Shown: piece after piece, positions 1 to 12,668 of the stretch
Layout: each line of letters begins with the position of its first letter
How positions within the stretch are numbered: the first letter of the stretch is position 1
Source: Octopus vulgaris
Taxonomy: Eukaryota
Assembly: GCA_951406725.2 (NCBI GenBank)
Contig: OX597832.1
Location: 12,772,001-12,836,000, forward strand
Length of the DNA stretch: 64,000 nucleotides
Reading direction: 5' to 3'
Notes under the pieces: model-generated
What the model saw: the letters and a program-made list of their open reading frames with translations, nothing else
What the model was told of the DNA's origin: nothing
Databases searched by the model: none
Program-made: the position numbers and the translations under genes

Positions 1-726
1 GTATGCATATGCATGTATAGTAAGAGAGAATAAGAGATTCATATTGATCTAAACATAGAGCCTGAGGGAAAATTGTATTAAAAATTTCAATTACAAACGA
101 ACATAAATTTATTTGCGTAAAATTTGGTGAAAAATATCATTGAATGTGAGTGCAAAATGAAACGAGGAGATAAGAATAATATGATCTTAAAATTAGGCAA
201 ATTTTGATAAATTAACCTAAAAAGTATTACCGCCTTATTGGATCGAAATGAATAGGACACAAAATCGTGCACATATATATAAATGATAAGATTATAAACA
301 TGCGTAATACACAAATGTGCGTCACACAAACATATGTAGAACGAAATTTGGTATTTTAACCAGCGGATGCAATTTTATAATCGAAGACGTATAATTGGCT
401 TGCGGTACGTAAAACATTTATATACGTACATTTAGTATGTTTTCAGCTGCTTCTCATAAACTGAAAGTTTTATATTAAAATCTCCGTTCGTATTTACACT
501 CCTTTATATACTTTAGGCATGAATCCATGTAGATGTAACATACGTTCATGTGTGTCTGTGCCTATATATAGGAGTGGCTGTGTGGTAAGTAGCTTGCTAA
601 CGAACCACATGGTTCCGGGTTCAGTCCCACTGCATGGCATCTTGGGCAAGTGTCTTCTACTGTAGCACCGGGCCTACCAAAGCCTTGTGAGTTGATTTGG
701 TAGACGGAAACTGAGAGAAGTCTGTC

Positions 727-774
<48 letters not shown>

Positions 775-777
<3 letters not shown>

Positions 778-1371
778 CAATATAGGGTGGCAAAAAATTT
801 CGTGGAATTTATTTGCCACCAGCGGCCTAGTGGGAAAAAATTAAATAGTCATAGACCATTTATAAGTTCAACATCACAATCAAGGAATGGCCATAATAGG
901 CCATTCACCCACTAGAAATAACAGCCAAAGCTTCAACCGCAAAATAACATTAATTCCGCAAACCAGGAGAAAATTAAAAAAACATTTACCCTGTAATTTC
1001 TTATACGATGCACCGTTTCATCTATTGTTTAATGGTAAACTAACCTGATTAAATTAAATCAAGCCAATCTTCCATAGGCCGATAGATTCGTCAGTAAGAA
1101 ACAGCCAGATCCGAGCAGATATTATCACGAGGCACCTCTATCCCTGCCTCGGCAATATCTGACCTAAAATTTTCAAATCATCGCACTCGCGATTTAATCA
1201 GGTTAGTTTACCATTAAACAATAGATGAAACGGTGCATCGTATTAGAAATTACAGGGTAACTGTTTTTTTAATTTTCTCCTGGTTTGCGGAATTAATGTT
1301 ATTTTGCGGTTGAAGCTTTGGCTGTTATTTCTAGTGGGTGAATGGCCTATTATGGCCATTCCTTGATTGTG

Positions 1372-1373
<2 letters not shown>
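775..1373 (-). mobile_element. Non-coding Penelope-like element end (pseudo-LTR) with inverted partial duplication, inserted in (TA)n
   Basis: (TA)n on both sides; 873-1054 is the reverse complement of 1192-1373 (182 bp, 2 mismatches); contains a hammerhead. PLE assignment is from architecture, not protein homology. Confidence 0.75.
997..1101 (-). ncRNA. Type I hammerhead ribozyme, PLE-type
   Basis: Minus strand reads TTTCTTA-CTGACGA-ATCTAT...ATAGAT-GAAA-CGGTGCATCG-TA-TAAGAAA: 7-bp stem I, intact core, long stem II, near-palindromic stem III, GUA cleavage triplet. Confidence 0.88.
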
Positions 1374-1425
<52 letters not shown>

Positions 1426-1675
1426 CTGTGTGCGTGTGTGTGTGTGTCTGTGTTTCTGTGTGTCTGTACTTGTCCCCCTAGCATTGCTTGACAACCGATG
1501 CTGGTGTGTTTACGTCCCTGTCACTGAGCGGTTCGGCAAAAGAGTCTGATAGAATAAGTACTGGGCTTACAAAGAATAAGTCCCGGGGTCGATTTGCTCG
1601 ACTAAAAGCGATGCTCCAGCATGGCCGCATTCAAATGACTGAAGCAAGTAAAAGAATTAAGAGAGTGCATATATA

Positions 1676-1714
<39 letters not shown>

Positions 1715-2629
1715 CTAGATATATCAATTTGTGTTGGTCTGTGTGCGTGCTTGCATGCATGTGTGTGCATGTGTGTGTATCTGCGTGTATCTGTATCTGT
1801 GGCAGTGTGTGTGCAGTTTTAAATGTGGTGGTGATCGACTTCACGTATATAGCGATACACCAAATTAAAAAGTTGAAAATCAAGCATCATTATTTAATAA
1901 ATCAGATTATAGTTCCAGTTTTGTTGGATCCTTAATTCCTAGTATTCACATTCTTTTTTCCCTAAATATTCCTTACACGGGACTTGCTGATAAAGTTTGG
2001 CAGGCTCACAGTCGGTTTCAAACATTTAGACAAAACGTTCTATTTTCCAGAATGAGTAATACAGATTGGCTAACAGAATGTCGCAAGTTCCAATTCTAAC
2101 GCACGCACACAGACGTGCGCACGCAGTATAATAGCACACTCACATCTCCCCACATATCATACACACACATGTACGAAAAAAATAACCATAATGACGAAAA
2201 AATGTTGGTTGCACCGAAGTGTGTCTGTAGTTTTAAACGGATAAACAGACACTGCTAAATTTATTTCGTTCTCCTTTTCTCCTTTGCAATTCTAAATGTA
2301 CGCATTTGTGTATATGCTTGTGTACGTGAGTGTGTGCATGTATATATGGAGTAAGATTGTGTGTGCTTTGAAATTTTTGCATCATAGATGCCTGAATAAT
2401 TTCATGCCTTTTTGCGCAAAGGAACTGTCAGTAGTTGTCAGTATTCGTTCCAAGCCAACCAAATTAAATTTTATACGCTACCATATGATTTTGTGTAACT
2501 TGTCTTAGGTTCGTTTCGACGAGTAAGGTGTGAGTAGACACACGCAAACACACACACACACATATACATATTCGCCTGTATATCTTATCCCTCCTTCATT
2601 ATTATGCCTCTACATGTATATATACTCGT

Positions 2630-2755
2630 GTATATATAAATACATACATAAATACATACATACATAAATACATACATACATACATACATACATACATACA
2701 TACATACATACATACATACATAAATGCATACATACATGCATACATACATATATGC
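2630..2755. repeat. (CATA)n microsatellite
   Basis: Direct reading. Confidence 0.95.
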
Positions 2756-3446
2756 ATAAGTATAACTTGAACAGCTCTTTCAATGGAACGATTTTGATGT
2801 GTGCTTCTTCGGTCAGGGAATTCCTAGCGTCTCAACTATCACCTCAAAATTATCTTCAATATTGCCGATATTTATTTTCTGTTGTTAATGTCATTTCTCT
2901 TATGATGAATATAATGTATTTTTTTCTTCTTAAATTTTTTTGCTAAAGATTTTCAATCATTTATATTCCATACACTTCCTTTACAAATTACTTATCTGCC
3001 AATTTTCTTTCACATTCACCAAGCTCACCTCCCTCCTATTCTTGAAAAATTCGTTTGTTATTACGAGACTTTTTTTCCTATTCACTACGTGTTTAACGTT
3101 GCATATATAAGACGGTGATGAGTGAGAAAGTACATGCTGATTTTTTCCTATTTTTACCCAGCTGTCACGTTTTCTAAAGAATAATCCACAGGCTTTCACG
3201 TTTCGTCTCCTACTTCTTCCAGTTATTTTTCTTCTGATACTTATTCTTGTTTTACTTTACTTTTCCACATCAATCTTTTATTTATTTTATTTTTCCTAGA
3301 TTCCCTCCATTTATTTTTTTCCCACATTATGTCTCTTGACGTGTCTTGTAAACAGATGTTAGTGGAATCTTTAAACTGCTAAGCAATATGTATGCATGTA
3401 TGTATGTATGTATGTATGTATATATGTATGTATGTATATATGTATG

Positions 3447-3497
<51 letters not shown>

Positions 3498-4329
3498 CTA
3501 CAAACTTATGTACATTTGTATAAAACTCTCTATCGAAGTTCTATATATATATTTTTTTCCATTTAACATGTCACACTGTTGCTTTGTGGGTAGCTTTTTT
3601 TCTTTTTATAACTTTCGAGTTATAAATCTGTAACTAGAAAAGTTAACAGTGCCAATGCAGAACTTTCCGCTTAAGAAACACTAAAGCAAGCTGCGTACGA
3701 AATTGTCCTTTCTCTATTATTCATGCTTAACAATGCAGTGCCAACATTAATGCCTAGCCTAGATAATTAACGGTATATTTCTCTGTTAGAGAATGGTAAA
3801 TCGCATGCAATATAGACACAAGGGAACGCGTATAACAAATATATTTTTATTATTTATCTAAATATTATATTCTCTATATATTTTAGTCACACTTCTTCGG
3901 GTTTTCGGTAATTACTAGTCTTGCTTTATTTGATATTAAATCATTAATGCTTAAAGCATATTTATTTTGTTATAGATATGAGGAAGCCTGTGCATGAATG
4001 TTTTAATTACATAGGTGCGAAATCTCTATAACTGAGATCGATTCAATAACATAAAACCTTTTTGATTAATGCACCGTTAATCTCCCTGGGAGATATAAAA
4101 TACTTTGTATTTCCTTTAAAGGTAGATATTTTAAAACAATTATCCAAATTACTCTCTGCTTGGAAAAGTATTTAAAAACGGACTGCAAATATATATATCT
4201 GCAGGTACTTTATATCTCATTTATGTAAAATATCAATTGAAATAAGACCTAGCTATTCAAGAAATATTCAGCATGTGACACATAAATCTACAAAAGATTA
4301 ATGTTTTATAGACAGTCACATTCTGGAGA

Positions 4330-5940
4330 CAGATGACTATACAGGATGAGTGATTTAAAACTATACAATTACGAGGGTCAGGTCCAATTATACTGCTCTA
4401 CACATTGGGCATCTGCATAGACGAGGCGTGGATGAATTTAAGGGCACACATCAATGAGTAATTAAGGCAATATGTCCGCGTTTCCGAACAAATATAACAA
4501 ATATATAGAATGATGTTTAATCTGCCGGGGTATGCAGACGTTCTCTTCACTCTCTCCCGTTGTGAATGCAGAGAATTAATCGGTCCTAAAAATGCTTTGC
4601 TAAAAGAAATCAAAATATATAGAAAATTGGGAGAAGAATATATATGTTAGTATGTCAAATTTAGCGGGTTGTATTCAACGATATTATCTCCCTTCTACAT
4701 GATATCAATAAAAATATATTCTAATCTTCAGTGCAAGTACGAAGAGAAACTTCAATGTATATTATACTGGATTCATAAAGATAATATTTTCATACATGTT
4801 AGATTGTAAACAGGCCACAGATGTCTACACCAGTATTGCAAGCAGTAGAAATAATAGTTTCTATTATAGGCACAATGTCAGATGTTTTTGGGGAGGGGAC
4901 TAGTCGATTACATCGACCCCAGAATTTCAGAGGTACTTAATTTATCGACCCAGGCGGAATTTGATCTCAGAACGTAGCCACGGGCGAAATACTGCTAAGC
5001 ATCAATGTTGATTTAACGGCTAGAAAATCTGTTATCAAATTTGATAACAAATTTTGGGCATCGTAAAGATCAATCTGAAAGCATTGATATATCTATGGGG
5101 TCATCAGACTCTACTGAAATAGCTGCTTTGGTCGGTTTTTATATTCTATCAGAAATGGCTGACCATTTCCCGTATATCATCGGTGGTTTTTTTATCACAA
5201 CTGTCTCTTCTACCTCCATAATATCTCTAATCAAAAAAAGTTAATAATTATCTTGTCAAATTCTTTAGTAATATGGGCCTTAATATTATCTTCGATAATG
5301 GTAGAACAAAGGTTAATTTCCTTGACGTAGCTTAAATGCAGTCTTATATTCCCCATACCATAAAACTTTACCCAACGTAAAATGCATCATTATTTTCAAT
5401 AATAACGCTGGACTTGCTTCAACGGAATTGAAACGGCGTATCGCGAATCATATTTCCATATTTTAAGTACAGTCATAAACGTAACTCTACAGGTCTTATT
5501 AAACTAATTTGTGATTCTCAAACACTTTTCTCTTGATTCGGATATTTTATCAAGATCACTTCCCAATGAGAAAAGGAAGTCATTCTGTCCTCTTTGTACG
5601 CACGAACAACTATTTATCCTCTTTTCTAAACCTACATTGGTCAACACCAATAAAGAAGTATTTACAATAGTTTACATTGGGCAAAACACCCTTTCTATTC
5701 AAATAATATCTACCTCTTACCTAATAACATCTGCATCTTAATATTTATTCTTGCTTACCATACCTCCTATACTTTCCTTCATTTTTCTTTCCATCTATCA
5801 TTTATTCCCTATTTACTTTTATCTCAATTTCTCCTTTAATGCTCTTTCTCTCTTCCTTCTCTTCTTCTCTCGCCCTATGACATCAAATTTCTTAACGGCA
5901 ATTTTAAAATTACGAGGGTTCCATATACAACTTTGCTTTC
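4330..5940 (+). mobile_element. Decayed Naiad-type Penelope-like retroelement (RT and GIY-YIG remnants)
   Basis: Broken frames give IDISMGSSDSTEIAALVGFYIL, GLNIIFDNGRTKVNFLDV, AGLASTELKRRIANHIS, RNSTGL and CPLCTHEQLFILFSKPTLVNTNKEVF, in the order expected for Naiad RT then endonuclease. Ends approximate. Confidence 0.85.
4855..5002 (-). mobile_element. SINE family C (Meta/MESC-like core), partial, nested in the PLE
   Basis: GTCGATTACATCGACCCC...GGTACTTAATTTATCGACCC...GCGAAATACTGCTAAGC matches the 37639-37874 copy. Confidence 0.85.
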
Positions 5941-6032
5941 CATATATGTATATACGAATATGTATTTGTGCATGTATGTATATGTGAGCAGGTGTGTATT
6001 TATATATATATATATACATATGTGAGCATATA

Positions 6033-6088
<56 letters not shown>

Positions 6089-6091
<3 letters not shown>

Positions 6092-6318
6092 GGGACGAGG
6101 ATTCAAGCAAAAAAAAATGAAAAAAAAGAAGACGAAGACAGGGGGTTTAGAAAACAAATAGATGTATTAGTGTAACGCTCAGGAGTTTAAAAAGTCTTTT
6201 ACGTTTCGAGCCTACGCTTTTTCACACAAAGGGACACGGAAACACGGAAAGAAAAAAAGGAGAGACACACGGAAAGAGAAAAAATATGTGTAGAGTGGCT
6301 ACCGATCTATCATGGCGA

Positions 6319-6321
<3 letters not shown>
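6089..6321 (-). mobile_element. Short PLE pseudo-LTR-like insert in (TA)n with degenerate hammerhead
   Basis: (TA)n on both sides; minus strand has AAGC-GTAG-GCTC-GAAACGTA-AAAG near 6196-6230, but the CTGANGA core is mutated. Confidence 0.6.
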
Positions 6322-6381
<60 letters not shown>

Positions 6382-6954
6382 TTGTGTGTGTGTGTAATAT
6401 ATTGCAGTTTCTTACATATGTTGAAATGACTTGTTGATGCACACTGTTGTTTATATCCTGCCTGTTAGGATGGATGCATTGTTCCACATCACTCATCCTC
6501 TCAGATTTATTTTTGAATTTATAGAATCATATGTTGATGAATATGGTGATATAAATGATTTAAATAGCATCTTGAGCGTTTATTTCCATTGTCCATTATT
6601 CTTATGTTCTCCAAAACACATCTCGCCTCCTCTTGGAATTAAAGGAATTGAGATCACTAATTCCTACGATGCTTATGTGACATCTGGATGTTTCCTATAG
6701 ATTGAAAATTCCTACACACACACACACACAAACACATATGTATATATATTTAATATAAAAGGATAAAATTATTTAGAATTATATCAGAAAACAGCATATA
6801 AAAGAAGTCCTAAGGTGAAATTTTAAATACAACTAAAAATAAGGGCATACATACACATAAGTGTGTATGTGTGTGTGTGTGTGTGTGTGCGTATGCAGGC
6901 ATGTAGGTAAGTAGGTAGGATGTTTAGTGATAGTGCTAGTAGTGGATCTTCGCC

Positions 6955-7045
6955 ATTCGACGACGAGGATACAGTAATTCGATATTGTAAACTACCTACT
7001 CTCTAAATTAAGGTGTATGCAGCTGAGCACTCCACATATACGGGT
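6955..7045 (-). mobile_element. Old fragment related to the SINE family B 3' part
   Basis: CGACGACGAGG and GCTGAGCACTCCACA shared with the 7440-7814 copy. Confidence 0.5.
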
Positions 7046-7292
7046 AATGGAGAATTGTCAGGCAGTGTCAGGGTGAGAAGGGAATTCATTTCAATTGTAA
7101 GGATATTCTACTCAGGAGCTTCAATAAGTTTCTAGCTATGAATACATCACACTTGATATCGCTTAACTTGAATACATAAGAAAGATGGCCACTCGTGCCT
7201 GAAAAGCAAGCTTCTCCATTCAAACATATTATAAATGCCCGTGTGTATACACATATAGGTAGAGAAACATTGTGACAGACAGACAGACTGAC

Positions 7293-7293
<1 letters not shown>

Positions 7294-7381
<88 letters not shown>
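7294..7381. repeat. (GATA)n microsatellite
   Basis: Direct reading. Confidence 0.95.
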
Positions 7382-7439
7382 TTATATTCGTGTCTATATT
7401 AGTATGCCCATTCTCCTTAGAATGAGTGCTGAAATTTAT

Positions 7440-7814
7440 CGTGGCATTCCGTCGGTTACGACGACGAGGGTTCCGGTTGATTCGATCAACGGAAAAGCCT
7501 GTTCATGAAATTAACGTGCAAGTGGCTGAGCACTCCACAGACACTTGTACCCTTAAAGTAGTTCTCGAGGAGATTCAGCGTGACACACTTTGTGAGAAGG
7601 CTGGCCCTTTGAAATACAGGTACAGCGGAAACAGGAAGAAAGAGTGAGAGAAAGCTGAGGTGAAAGAATACAGTAGGATTCGCCACAACCCTTGCCGGAG
7701 CTTCGTGGAGCTTTAGGTGTTTTCGCTCAATAAGCACTCACAACACTCGGTCTGGGAATCGAAACCGCACGACCGGCACTTCGCTGCCCTAACCACTGGG
7801 CCATTGCGTCTCCA
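7440..7814 (-). mobile_element. tRNA-derived SINE family B, full length
   Basis: Reverse complement of the 17380 and 56429 copies; TSD GCTGAAATTTAT at 7428-7439 and 7823-7834. Confidence 0.93.
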
Positions 7815-9044
7815 CACATTGCGCTGAAATTTATAATGCACTGCTGAATAGTTGATTATGTGTATAGGGAAGCGTATGCAGCACTTTGCAAATGACGAAT
7901 ATTTTGCTGATATGGCTTACTATTTCCAGATTCTGTTGCGAACACAATACAAAGGACAGAGATCTGATATTTCACCCATGAATTAATAATTTATGTTGAT
8001 GCTTCTTTGTTAGCCAGTAACTCATTTAAACGAAATGGAACTAAGCACCAATGCAAACAGTAAGTTAGCAATATTGAGCTTCAAGTAAACCGTTCATAAA
8101 AATGGTTAACCGATTTTAAGCTAAAACGCAAAATATTTATTTGCTTTAAGAATATATCATCCTACCCTCACTCAGCTAGCTTCTCTCAGAATGCACAGAG
8201 ATCGTTTGAATAATTTATAATATTTTTAACTGGTGCTTCATGTTTCAGATTTCATAGCCTACAAGAGGTCAAACTTAAAATCTAACCCGAATCCACGATC
8301 GATAAAATAAGAGCTAACAATAAATATATCCTACTCTTTCTGCTTGCACAAACACATCTCTGTACACATACGCACATATACTGAAATAGAGCGAGTGATC
8401 CACACTCATATATACATACCCGTACGTACATACATACATATATAATTAGCGTTGTGTTAAACAACAGAAATAAATCAATACTATATTTTTCTACTTCCTT
8501 ATTGAATATATAGGAGCAGTTTAATACATTATGCTTCAGTAATATGAAAGAATAATGTTTATGATTTCATCTATTCAGCCTAGCGTTGAACTCTAATGGA
8601 TAAAAGTGAACTCTTGGATTACATTGAAAGAATGCTTGAAATAACATTATTGAGCCGTTGTTGTTTGACATTTTAAATGTGTTCAAACAACAGTAAGCTA
8701 AGATTATATTTGCACTGCAGAAGCACTATACAGCAGACAGAATAGTTTATTTCCAAAGGAAAAATCCATTCAAAGATTACGTTGAGTTTGCCCAAATATA
8801 AATTTAACTGCAAATGTCCCTCATACACACGCACATACATAAACCCACGTATATACATACGTGAATGTAGTTATGTAAATGTTTATATATACGCTTGTAT
8901 GCGTATTAAGTATATATGTGTGTTTGTGTGTGCGCATGTGTATATGTATAAAAGACGTATATTTACTTCTACATATTTACAAATATATGTACATATATAT
9001 ATGTTAGTATGTATGCTTGTATGCATGTATGTGTGAGTGTGTGT

Positions 9045-9425
<381 letters not shown>

Positions 9426-10203
9426 CATGTATGTGTGCCCATGTATATAATTCCGAATACAACTACACATATTTATTCGTACGTACATAGAAACTACACA
9501 ACTACACACACAGACATACTCAAATACATATATACGAACATTGATTGTCAGCTTGTATGACGTTTACGGATTTTTCTGAACTAGAAATAGATATGAACAA
9601 CATAAAACTAAGATTTCGTTTCAAAAATTCTCGTATGTAATAATTATACAGAAACTTTTATAGTAGTATTGATGTGGTGTACATACTATATATTATGGCT
9701 CCGTTTTTGTACTTCTAGACACATAACACAAATGTTGGCGTCAGATCTAGAATGGCATCACGGGATATGAATCTAGGAAGTTGGATTCGGTTTGACAGAT
9801 GTGAGTCCATAGCAACATATCAAACTGATATTATTAAAAGCAAAAGCAATATTTCCAGCCAACGTATGTCGTAGTGGCAAGCAACAAGCAAAATGAAACT
9901 GTTACTATCTCTATGTATGTGCATATATATATATGTATAGAGAGAGATAGATAGATGGATGGATAGATAAATAGATAGATAATTGGATAGTTGGATGGAT
10001 GGATGGATAGATAGATGGATGGATGGTGTATTATTTTTATGTATTTTTCTAATATAACTAAATTGCTACTCTACCTATTTCCCAGGACACATCCTCTGCC
10101 CCAATATTCCATTTGATATATTCAGTGTCCTATATTTTTGTTCAGCTGTCGTTGTTCAGCTTACGTTCAGTGTGTTAAACAATAACATTACTGTTAAAAT
10201 TTA

Positions 10204-10415
10204 AGACAGTGATCGGACAGAATCGTTAGCACCCCGGGCCAATTGTTTCACGGCATTTTTTCATGTTTTTTTTTCTGAGATCAAATTCCGCCGGGGTGTA
10301 CTTTGCCTTTCATCCTTTTGAAGTCAATGAAATATGTACCGCCGGGCTCGATATAATCGACTTCCCTCCTCACCCGAACATGCTGGCTTTGTGCCAAAAT
10401 GGGAAGCCAATATTT
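10204..10415 (+). mobile_element. SINE family C, diverged copy
   Basis: CAGAATCGTTAGCAC...TCAAATTCCGCCG...CTTTGCCTTTCATCCTTT. Confidence 0.85.
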
Positions 10416-12605
10416 AGAACATCTTTAATTTACATAAGTATAACATGAGATAGGCTTACATCACGGTATTACTGTACTTAACCGTTGGACAATTGCGTCA
10501 TATACTATGGTTACTAAAATTAGACTTTAGTATTATGACATTGAAAATAGTTAAGTATCCTGTAGTTGATCTACTAACGAAGTCATGAAAATATTCTATA
10601 TCTTTATGTGAGAGTATCGATTTCACGAATGAGTTCGATTAAAGCTTTGCGGTTAAGGTCCCCAATTCTTTATCATATAGTTTCTGGTTAAATTCTATAA
10701 AGATACTTTAGCTTTACTAGTTGGCTTCAAAACCTTTATTGACCACATCGCAGTCGTTACGATAAAATTAAGGCTCTTAATGTCTTTTTTAAAATGATTA
10801 ATGGGCCTTTCAGTTATTAATTTGTTTCTGTTTTAGAGCACGGACGCAGGTCAAATCACTTGCCTGACAAAAACACTTCCAAAATACTCCCAATTGGTTC
10901 CACCTCTTTTTATCTAACTTTGTATTTTCATTTCATGGATTGCTCTCCTATCATAGTCTCCATTTCAGATGAAAATAGAGCAGGAGAAAATTACGTTTAC
11001 GTTTACGCGTATCAAAATGTGAATGGCTGAGTGATAATCCTTGCTTTTCATCCAATTCAACACCTCATGACCATTGTGTGTTATTAAGGGAATCCAAACT
11101 TTCTGATGTGTCTGTCTATTTCTCCGAGCTGAAAATAGACAAAGATTTATTTTTATACGTTTCTTTTCCCTTTCTAGTAACAGAGACTTTTTAATACGAG
11201 CATGGAGCTTTTTATTCGTCTATGCCCTCAATAAAGTATATGATACGAAATGTAATATGAATGAGTTCGCGTCCGAACATCCACAGAACTATACTCTAGA
11301 TTTCGCTGATTATTTCGTAGTTTAATTAATTAATAGAATACATATCAATAACTTGTCTTATTTTTTAAACTACGTTTTAGTAAAAAAAAAAATTAATAAA
11401 ATTATGTGTACATAAATCAAGAACAACAAGAACAGAAATAATATCAATAATAAAGTTTCATCATCAAATCTGTTCATCTCTTTGACTTCTATATGTTTAT
11501 TTATGTGTATTATTTTGTTTTTATTTACACATTTTTTTCTTACATGGTATTTTCTATGATACATTATACTATGATGAAACAAAAGATATGACAACATTCA
11601 ATATAGACCTGTATGTTTAGATGTTTAAGCGTAAAAATTTTTCCCAACATTCTGATTATAGCCTCCCTCTTGTATTATCTATCTTTTTCTCTTTCTCTCA
11701 CCCACTCTCTCTCTCTCCTTTTCCATCTCCTTCTCTTTCTCTCAATGCTGCAATAAAACATCATTCACTAGAAAAACACAAAAAACGAAAACCAAATTGA
11801 TAATTTGACCGCTCACTTTTTTTCTTTGCTTCAAAGCCACTGCCTTATCACGTTATGTGATCAGCTCTGCTATTTTGCTTCTAAGCATTTATCAATCGTG
11901 TATTATTTATTGGTTATATCTCTGCAAAATTCCATTTTCTTCTCACCCTTGCATCTCACTTTCATTTGTTTTTCTTTATTTTTCTCTATACGTTTTTTTT
12001 TTCTTTTTTGGTTATTTATTCCCAGTTATCAAATCTTATCCTATTTTAATCTATTTGGAATTCTCTTTTGAGAAGAATCGATCGGAAAATGTATTTATAT
12101 CACACCATCTATGAATTTAGTGAGCAATGTTTAGGTTTCTTTATATATTTTTTTATTTAGCATAGACAAAGAGCATTGACGAAATAAGAAATAGATATAC
12201 AAATACGACATCACAAACCCGGCAAAAAAATACCGCTCGCTACAAGTGTAAATGAAAACAACGATTTAATCTGAAAGAATGTGTTTACAACGAAGTATAA
12301 CCGATAACTCTGCTCAGTATTCGATTTACCAGCTAAGCGTACGAATCACGAGAAAAAATATCATTCTTCGTGATATAAATAATTAAACATGAAATAAAAA
12401 TTTTCACAATAAATAAATATTTATTAATTCAATTTATGGAAGTATTTAAAGATTGCAAGAGAAAGAGTGGATATAAAAATTTTGTTTGCTACTTAAATTT
12501 TTATCCGGCCACAAATCTTTCACGTTCAAAATTTTATTAGAACATACATACGCCCGATCAGTTCATATGTGTGGGACCGTGTGTGTGTGAGTATATGTAT
12601 GCAAA

Positions 12606-12668
<63 letters not shown>

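Larger units (their letters stand above)
571..1663 (+). mobile_element. tRNA-derived SINE family A (bipartite, internal microsatellite), interrupted by the 775-1373 insert
   Basis: Head 571-728 has A-box-like GTGGCTGTGTGGTAAG, B-box GGTTCAGTCCC and CORE-like CTTGGGCAAGTGTC; 3' half ~1470-1663. Both halves recur, joined by a microsatellite, at 19040-19469 and 33321-33859. Confidence 0.9.

Noticed and set aside
1116-1161. SECIS element
   Set aside because: No AUGA/GA quartet with apical AA on either strand.
873-1373. Ordinary MITE with 182-bp TIRs
   Set aside because: One arm extends ~98 bp further, and the hammerhead runs across the arm/spacer boundary, which fits an inverted partial duplication better.
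10820-11030. Possible exon after a TTTTAG acceptor (similar sites near 37460 and 48100)
   Set aside because: No convincing donor or recognisable peptide; such acceptor-like tracts are common in AT-rich DNA.
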